Assembly (NCBI GenBank): GCA_951406725.2
Contig: OX597822.1
Span: 7,316,001-7,380,000, forward strand
Source of the DNA: Octopus vulgaris
Lineage: Eukaryota
Length of the DNA stretch: 64,000 bases
Direction: 5' to 3'
Shown piece by piece: positions 55,790-64,000 of this stretch (the first letter of the stretch is position 1; the number at the start of each line of letters is the position of its first letter). The position numbers were made by a program, and so were the translations under genes. Below the pieces are notes generated by a model. It worked only from the letters and a program-made list of their open reading frames with translations. It was not told the DNA's origin and did no database searches.

Positions 55790-56575
55790 CAGTTGTTGTT
55801 GCTACGTTTGTGTGGTTGTTCCTGTGGTAATTAACACAAGATGGTATTTTCGGTTTTAATAACCATATACGTTAGGTAAGCGAAGTATAATTTTTTCTGT
55901 GAAAGTTGCGAAAAATATGAGAGCCACTGCTGCGCCCTGAACTGGTTTGTTGTAGACCCTCTATATGTGGAAACATTAGCTGCTGTGGATTTCGTGTTTA
56001 GAGTTGTGCTATAGAGAAAATTCCTTGCGGCACAACTTCCTTTTAGAGGATAGACGGAGAGGTACTGAAGTTGAAAATTTTGCTGTGTCGTTTTAGTTGT
56101 CAACTTGAGATATTTGTTTGATATTAGCTACCGGTTTTCAAAGTTGTTAGTTGTGAAATATGATGACATATCTTGTGTGTTTTATTGTTGTTGGTACTTA
56201 TGTTCGGTGTGGAAGTATTTTATGGAGTATTTTGAAGAATAATTTGGTTAATGTTGTGCAGAATTGTATGCTGAAGATACGATAGGATCAGATAATTTTT
56301 CTTTTTCTTTCCTCATGTATCTTTATTTGGAAGAAAAAGAAAAAAAGCCTTGGAGATATGTTCTTTACTAGATTTCTAACTACGTTTTGGGGACAGTTGG
56401 ATTCTATATATACATACTGCCTTTTTCGTTATATTTTTCTAGGGTTTATAGATACTGCATTCTAATTCGAGGTAACGGCGAGAATGTTTACTGATTTAGC
56501 GGTTTCCAGTGAAATGCAGAAACCTGAGTTTCTAAAGAAATACGTTCTTTCGTAAATATGTCGGTTTTTGTGAAT
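55790..56575 (-). mobile_element. Penelope-like element ORF remnant (RT C-terminus/thumb plus GIY-YIG endonuclease)
   Basis: GFCISLETAKSVNILAVT (cf. GLKITIE...VNFLDVT), ESNCPQNVVRNLVKNISPRL (cf. SNHPPSIIKNIP..ISRRL), PLKGSCAARNFLY...TYRGSTTNQFR (cf. CPL.G.C...NVVY...YIG.T..F), NYTSLT*RIWLLK (cf. NSTELSKYIW.LK). Confidence 0.8.
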
Positions 56576-57528
56576 GGTAATTACTTACAGAACGAGTGAG
56601 AGAGGGGAAGAGAGACAAAGAAACAGAAATAGAGAGAGAGAGAGAGAAAGAAGAGAAAGGAGAAAGGTTAATATAGGAAAAGACAATATACATGCGCATA
56701 TATTTCTATTACGAGAAGTGATTAAGGCAATGAGAGTTTATGATTTCTGTCCAAACTTTTGTTCCTAATTATGAACTGATTTCTAAAAACAAATTAATAA
56801 ATAATAGTATTTTATTCACTTAGCTTTATGGTTTTATTTGTAGATCACTTGTGTACATTTTTAATTATATAGATAAATGAGTTCATGTTTGGCGAATTAA
56901 TAAAATAAGGATGTAAGGCCGCTATGTTTAACATTTATGTGTTTTCTAGTTTTCTAATTCAATGATTTTCTTATAAATGTTCCCATGACTCTTTGTGCGT
57001 AGAACAATACACTATGCATACCTCGAAAATAATGTTTTTAACAAAGAAATTCAGATATTTTTTTAAGTATTAAATGTAAATGCTTCCTTGTTAGACTCGG
57101 TTAAAATTATGTAATGCAAAAAGAAATGCTATTTTATGTTGAGGTTTATAATAATAAGGGAATAGACATCCTTGCTCGAAACTCTGGTAGTAGATCAGAA
57201 TATGTAACAAGCACGAAATAACCCATTAGCCATATGCTAATTCATTAGCCATCGGCTCTTTCCCTGACATATTTCAATCTTTAATCTACAGAAAGATTTT
57301 CATCTCACGTTAAACTGCCTTTTTAAAATTTACAACGTTGAACATCGGTTCATCAAACCAACAGGTTTGTGCATAGTCTGTGAATATGACATTACCACAT
57401 TATACTCTTGCACTGCTCTCTTTCAATTTATGTACACACAAACATGTATTGGTGCATACATGATTACATATTCACAGACATACAGGTAGTCATAATACAA
57501 GCATACATATATATACATACACTCACAT

Positions 57529-57560
<32 letters not shown>

Positions 57561-57655
57561 TCCCTTCTTTCCTGAGCGTCCAATAATACTATATTTGTTC
57601 CACGTCCTCGCGTTGTTGTGTTTTTTTGTTTTTTTTGTGTGTTTTCTTGTTTGGA

Positions 57656-57660
<5 letters not shown>
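57561..57660 (+). mobile_element. partial copy of the 34576-34780 repeat in (TA)n
   Basis: TTTCCTGAGCGTCCA...TTCCACGTCC..GCG...TGTTTGGATTAA. Confidence 0.7.
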
Positions 57661-57707
<47 letters not shown>

Positions 57708-57711
<4 letters not shown>

Positions 57712-58895
57712 CTTGATCACCTTGACCGACCAGTCCGTCAGGCGTCCATTTGACACCACTGGTCACAGCACGCTGTCCACTCCTCTCTGGATCGCGCCTT
57801 TCTCATCCACGTGATCCCAATCGTCCTCTTGAAATCGTAACTCCATCGTCGTGGAGGTCTTCCGGGTGGTCTTTTCCGCTCGCGTGGGTACCTCTCGACA
57901 ACTGCGTGGGTCAACCGATTATCGGTGAGCCGGGTGACGTGTCCAACCCATCTATACTTGCTGCGTGTATACTCTGCGATGACATCTCTCACGCCGGACT
58001 TCTTTCTGATGATGTCGCTACTGATGTGCTCTCTCAACGAGATACCAAGCATTGACCTTTCCATGGCTCTTTGAGCCGTTACCAGTCTTTGCTCTTCTCT
58101 CTTTGCGGTAGCCCATGTTTCGTTGCCAGGTAACATTGCAGGTAGAACTGCACTGTTAATGAGGTTGGGGCGGGTGGTCCTGTCCAAACCTCCCTTGAGC
58201 ACATCCCTTATGCTTATTTCTTAACTACCCACAAGGGGCTAAACACATAGGGGACAAACAAGGACAGACAAACGGATTAAGTCGATTACACCGACCCCAG
58301 TGCGTAACTGGTACTTTTTTTAATCGACCCCGAAAGGATGAAAAGCAAAGTCTACCTCGGCGGAATTTGAACTCAGAACATAACGGCAGATGAAATACGG
58401 CTACGCATTTCGCCCGGCGTGCTCACGTTTCTGCCAGCTCGCCGCCTTGAGCACATCCCTTATGCCATTAAACGCCTTCCATCAGGCCGTTACTCTCCGT
58501 GAGATCTCCTTTTCGATATCTCGGCACTTATTCACTTCCTTTCCCAGGTAGACATATTCCCTTACCTCCTCTATTTCATCACTGCCGATCACCTGTTGGT
58601 ACGTTGTCTGACCGCATGAACTTTGTTTTCATGCGGTTCATCTTGAGACCTACTTGAGTTTTTGATGTCGAGCTCCGTCAGCATGGTCTGAAGCTGATCC
58701 GTGTTTTCTGCGATGAATACGATGTCGTCAGCGAAACGGAGGTGGGTGAGGAGCTCGCCATTGATGTTGATACCGCCTTGCCAGTCGATGCCTCTGATGA
58801 TCTGTTCGAGACATGTGGTGAAAAGTTTTGGGGAGAGTGTATCTCCTTGCTTCACTCCCTTCTCGACCGGCACTCGTATGTGTGATGACAGAAGA
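57708..58895 (-). mobile_element. 5'-truncated RTE-clade LINE (reverse transcriptase), split by a SINE
   Basis: KGVKQGDTLSPKLF...THLRFADDIV; VLPAMLPGNETW...AQRAMERSMLGIS...KYRWVGHVTR...KRPPGRPPRRW; 3' (TCAAGGTGA)2 tail; frameshifts. Confidence 0.95.
58214..58446 (-). mobile_element. SINE family A, full length, nested in the RTE with 19-bp TSD
   Basis: TSD TTGAGCACATCCCTTATGC at 58195-58213 and 58447-58465. Confidence 0.95.
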
Positions 58896-60137
58896 GGTAT
58901 GTCATCACCCATACATATATATATATATATGTACATATCTATAAATACATATCATGTACACACACTCACAAATATATATATATATACATTTACAGATATG
59001 TATATATCCATCACGACTTCAGACTTTTTCCAATATCTTTACCTATACACGTATACTTTAACGATTTTTATGCCTCTATCCGGAGATTTTTAAAATCTAT
59101 TAATTCACACACATATATTTAATACATTTATATATTCATAGAAATTTAAAATTGGCTGTGTATTTATATATTCTTATTCTATCATGTACATTTGTCATCT
59201 ATATCCATCTGTAATCGGAGTCATGTTTGCATATTTATATGTGTATATGTATAGGCACACATATATCTAATAGCCATATAATATACATACATACATACAT
59301 TACATATGAACTTATATACATACAAACACCTATATATATATATATATATGCACACACACAAACACAGTTGGCCAAAAGTCACCTGGCAGTAAATCAAAAC
59401 CATTTAATTCCAAGATTAAGAAAAAGATAATATATATGTGACTTCGCTAATAAATAGACAAATGTTTAAAATAAGCGTTGATTTTCACGCACAACCTTCA
59501 ATTATTAAAGATTCATAATTGGAATGAATAAATAAAATTGAATATTATTCATGTAATTTTGATTTCTGTCGCCTGACTTTTGGCCAAGTCTGTATAATAG
59601 TTTAGTATGTATAATAGTCTGTATAATTGTATAGTATGATAGCTGTATGTGCGCGCGTGTGTGTGTGTGTATGTGTGTGCCTGTGTCTGTTTTTTTTGTG
59701 TCTGCGTGTTCGTACCCACCCTGAATGCATTTGGATCAGTAATTCAGTGGCCAGACTCATTACAAAATGAATGTTTGCTTTATTCATTTTGCATTGTTCT
59801 TGAGCAAGACGCTTTATATAAGGTGTGACATTTCTACTGAACTAAAAACGCATACAAGGCTAGAACTGTTTTGTCTAACCAGGTGTCTCATCCTCCATAA
59901 CTTGCCTATTACATATTTGTTTCCTATTTTTGATCAATTGCATGCATAAACGTATTTATTTTGAAAACGTTAAAATTTCCAGTGAATTCTATACAGATAA
60001 ACGTCCTATTGTTAAGAGACCGTTTAGACACGTAAACCTGTAATAAAAATGGAAGAATACAATGACTGTAAAACGTATTACTCTGGCTTTGCCAGCACTC
60101 AATGTAAGCGTACCAGCGGCCAGGAATAAGTTTAAAC

Positions 60138-60322
60138 TTCATCAGCTGTCTTGGGCAAATTTCAAGCCTGGAATCTGATTCCCCATGAAACCTGATGAAG
60201 GCTGGAGGATATATCGGCCGAAACGTTGTGTTAGCAGCAAAGAAGATGAGGACAAATAATATCCGCCAAATGTGAATAACGTAAATAATGCACATAATTC
60301 CTCATCTCTTAAATATTGAACT
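60138..60322 (+). mobile_element. second, 5'-inverted copy of the hammerhead-bearing element at 11757-12093
   Basis: 60187-60290 is homologous to 11999-12093; 60138-60183 is an inverted copy of the upstream segment; 60282-60321 is the tail found inverted at 11757-11797. Confidence 0.8.
60187..60232 (+). ncRNA. minimal type I hammerhead ribozyme motif, core intact
   Basis: GAAAC-CTGATGA-A-GGCTG-GAGGATATAT-CGGCC-GAAAC-GTT-GTGTT. Confidence 0.75.
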
Positions 60323-62093
60323 GTACCGTTGTGGTCGTATTGGAGTTTTCCGTTGGAGTACTCGGACATTTAAAGGATGCGCGTTGTAACCCTTTTGTTA
60401 TTAAGTTTAATGACAGACGCTTGATATCTACAAAGAGTCGCATTATATTTAACGCACATTATATTTTTAAGTTCTATTACTCTGAATCCTATTTTACCAT
60501 TTTTATCCTTCCTTAACGATATGCCTATCTACATACAATAGTAAAGTTTTCGTGAAACTTGTCACTATATGTCTCTCATCCGCAGTAATTCAATATAATT
60601 TCACTTAAATATCCTTTTTCTGAAATTATTTTTCTTTACTTTTGCATCTAAAATTAAATAGATTTTTCTGTTATATGTTATGTTGAAATAAATCATTAAG
60701 TGATTTTCTTTCTCTAAAATATTTTTGTTCATATCATTTGAAATAGATTTTCTGCTTATATTTCCAGAATGTAATTGTACAATTTTAAGAGGTTCTGCCT
60801 AACAAAAGACTTATTGTAATGTAATCTATCAGCCTCCCTGTTTATGTACCAGCAAAATCTGACAATGCCAAAGGGAGCTGCAATAAGATATTACAATACA
60901 TTTGGATACATCCATATTTTATATATTGTTTTTATTCTCTTTTAAAAACCCCACTAAGATAATCATTGAAAAAAACTCACTAAGATAATCATTAAAAAAT
61001 TCATAGTTTATACACGATACTTCGTTGCCTCTTTTGATTTAAAATAAATATCAGAAAATATAAATGTACATAGCAGGAAGTAGATAAATATATTTCAAAT
61101 GAAGAAATTAAATGTGTCATCTCTTTTCAAAAACTATTATGAGATTACTTCGCAACGGCGTTAATTCGTAATGACAGGTATATGTCCCAATTCACGAGAA
61201 ACATAAGCTGATACATGCTTAATAATTACGTTATCGTTGAAAAGATATGTCAACCAATATTTAATTCTCAACTTGATAAACATGCATAGCTTTACGTTCT
61301 TTTCTTTACACTTCAGATAGAGTTCAAATGATTCGTTTAAAATTAAATTGAAAGCAATATCAATGGATGACTGAAAGCAGAACTTTTTTACATGAAGTGT
61401 ATTGGCGTAGAAGCATTCAATTTTTATTTACAAAAAGTCGGTGGAAATAAAATTTGGGAAGAAAAGCAGTGCACAGGAAATTATAGAAATAAAATTAAGA
61501 AAGATGTTCTTCAGTTTTTGTTATCAATTATAGTTCTGAACTGACAAGAAAACATTTATAAAAAAATATATAAATAACATTAGAGATAAGTGAAAATGTA
61601 AGACAATTAATGAAAGACAAAATATTCTACCTGTCAAAATCATTTGTAAATCACATTTCCAAAAGTCGACAATTAATGGAACAGAGCGTTCGTAATTTGA
61701 AAGAATATAGATATATCGATTGCATATTTCGAATACTCTATTGTGAGATTTAAATTGAAATCGGGGAATAGAAATCTGATTTATAAGAAAGATTGAAAGT
61801 GAAAGCAACTGAGTGAAAGGTAAAATATTACGTAGTCAGACAGGACACGAATGAAACGAAAGAAATAAAATATATCAAAACTTTACATGAAGATTTACAT
61901 AATCATCGTTTAGAAGTATTAATTAACAAAATTGATACTAAGAAAGTTAATTCATAATTAATACATAACAACAAAACAATAGTTATTAGGGTATCAAATA
62001 TAAAGAATAATTTCTTAAATTAATCCTGTTACAAAGGCTTTATCTCTCATTCTTTTTGTCCTTGTTTTGCAATAATTATATGTGTGTGTGTGT

Positions 62094-62404
62094 GGAGGCG
62101 CAATGGCCCAGTGGTTAGGGAAGCGGACCCATGGTTGTAGGATCGTGGCTTCGATTCCCAGACCGGGCGTTGTGAGTGTTTATTGAGCGAAAACACCTAA
62201 AGCTCCGCCAGGCTCCGACAGGGGGTGTTGGCGATCCCTGCTGTACTCTTTCGCCACAACTTTCTCTCACTCTTTCTTCTGTTGGCCTGCTCAACTAGCC
62301 AGCGGGGTGGCGTCATTTGAACGCTAAAACAATGCGAAGCGCATTGTGACCAGCGATGTGTAGCAACATCAGATCGCCTGGTCGGTCACGGGGATCACGA
62401 TGAT
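62094..62404 (+). mobile_element. SINE family C head with an RTE-like 3' tail
   Basis: Family C head; tail TGTGACCAGCGATGT...CTGGTCGGTCACGGGGATCACGATGA resembles the RTE 3' end at 57708-57775. Confidence 0.85.
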
Positions 62405-62775
62405 ATATATATATATATATATATAACGATAAACGTCGCTCTTTCCAAACCTAGACATGGGTCCGGTTATATATTTGAATTAGATTCACTTAGGTTGATA
62501 AGACTTTGTCACTCATAGCCACACTGAACATAATGCAATTAGTTTTTGAAACAAATTGTAGTTTAGTATATGATGGCTGCCGTAATGGTAAGGAATCACA
62601 TTATAAAATTCAGACGTTCTCCGACGTAAGTCTTTTTCATTAAATGTACATGCTAGATTGCTTGAGTTTTCCTTACACGGTTCTACGTATGTTCTATTAA
62701 ATGTCTCAGATACATGCCTAAAAAATACATAAATAGTTTATTTCTGATTTCGGGATAACAACACTTAGTATTTGT

Positions 62776-63270
62776 AATGCGAGTATGAAAAGTAATATTC
62801 TTATGATTATAAACCTGGAAAAGTACAGGACAAGTTATTACACCTGTAAAAGTATAGGACAAGCTATTAATTCTAGTAGAGTAAAGAATAAGAAACTTTT
62901 TACTTAAAATATTGCAGCAAAAAATGTCAGTTTTTCTAATTTATCACTCTTTACAGTTCTCATCTTTTAGATTTATTGTACAAAACTGTTCAGCTAATTT
63001 GTAAGTCTGTCTAATTAGTCACATTTTTCCGTTTTTAAGGTTGTAAATTAGCCAAATTCTACTTAAATAAGTAAAGTGTTATTTGTAAATTATAATAAAA
63101 TGTTTTAATATTCAATTTTTAATTTTAGCTGCAATATTTTAAGTAAAAAGTTTCTTATTCTTCACTTTACTAGAAGTAATAGCTTCTCCCATACTTTTAC
63201 AGGTGTAGTTACTTGTTCTGTGCTTTTCCAAGTTTATAATCTTAAGAATATTACTTTCCATGCTCGCATT
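62776..63270. mobile_element. fold-back/MITE-like element with ~150-bp inverted arms
   Basis: 62776-62925 matches the reverse complement of 63122-63270 (roughly 85-90% by eye); ~200-bp spacer; no clear TSD. Confidence 0.7.
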
Positions 63271-64000
63271 TTTCCATGTAATCCATTTTTCCTCCAGGGA
63301 TTACTGTTGTAAGATAATTGATAATGTGCCAATTAATAATTTTAGATTTGACCATATCAAATATTGAAAGATAATATTTCAATTTTCTTGATGTTTAATT
63401 TAAATATAAGTTGTGATTGGATTATTTGATACGACCCATCCGCACCAACTTAATAGCAGGGATTTTAACCATATTGTTGCTTGCACCATGGCTCACCAAA
63501 AGTTACAAGAAACAAGACCCAAAACCATCAGTTACCAGGCTCAGCTTAAGTAACCCAAATTTGCAATATTTAGAGGTCACAGGAATTCATTCAACGAAAA
63601 AACTTCCAATGATTCCGGATTGGTGGGGAGAACCCCCCCCCCATCTCATTTTTTCCGAGTCAAAATGAGGGATTTGCAGCATATTAGGAGGTCAGAGTTC
63701 TTGATTTCACGCAAAAAAATCAATTTTTTTGCTTTCTTTTTCTTAGGGAAAATCGCGCGGTTCTTAATATTGAAATTTACCATAATGTTGTTGTTATATA
63801 ACCTCAAATCAACCCTGATACTGCACACCTATCATCAAAGACATTCCAGCCTTCAGCAAACTGTATTTTTTAGGGATAATCTAGGACATTGAATATAATG
63901 GGAGTGTGATTTAATTAGGGGGTACTTTAGCTGCTATTTTAGCGTATCGAGCGACCAGGTAGAGGCTCTTTCACTGGTCCGATTGCGTGATGAATTTTTT

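Overview
AT-rich eukaryotic (animal) genomic DNA. It is dense in microsatellites, tRNA-derived SINEs and decayed transposons. The repeat landscape resembles an Octopus-type coleoid cephalopod genome; this is inference from recalled repeat families, not a database result. I find no intact host gene. Nearly all ORF-track entries are microsatellite translations or transposon fragments. Recognisable coding remnants: two mariner transposases, a duplicated DD37D/maT-like transposase fragment, a 5'-truncated RTE LINE split by a SINE, and a Penelope-like element (PLE) RT-thumb/GIY-YIG remnant. Non-autonomous elements include a Helitron, a HINE-like element and two MITEs carrying TTAGGG repeats. The most interesting signal is a set of minimal hammerhead-ribozyme motifs from several distinct short-repeat families. 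One of them is a tRNA-headed (Pol III) element with a hammerhead-bearing PLE-type 3' end, an inverted tail and a 14-bp TSD. Also notable: a MITE containing an inverted ~550-bp copy of sequence from 6 kb away, several long fold-back structures, and SINE head/tail shuffling, including a SINE tail matching the RTE 3' end. All coordinates and identities were estimated by eye.
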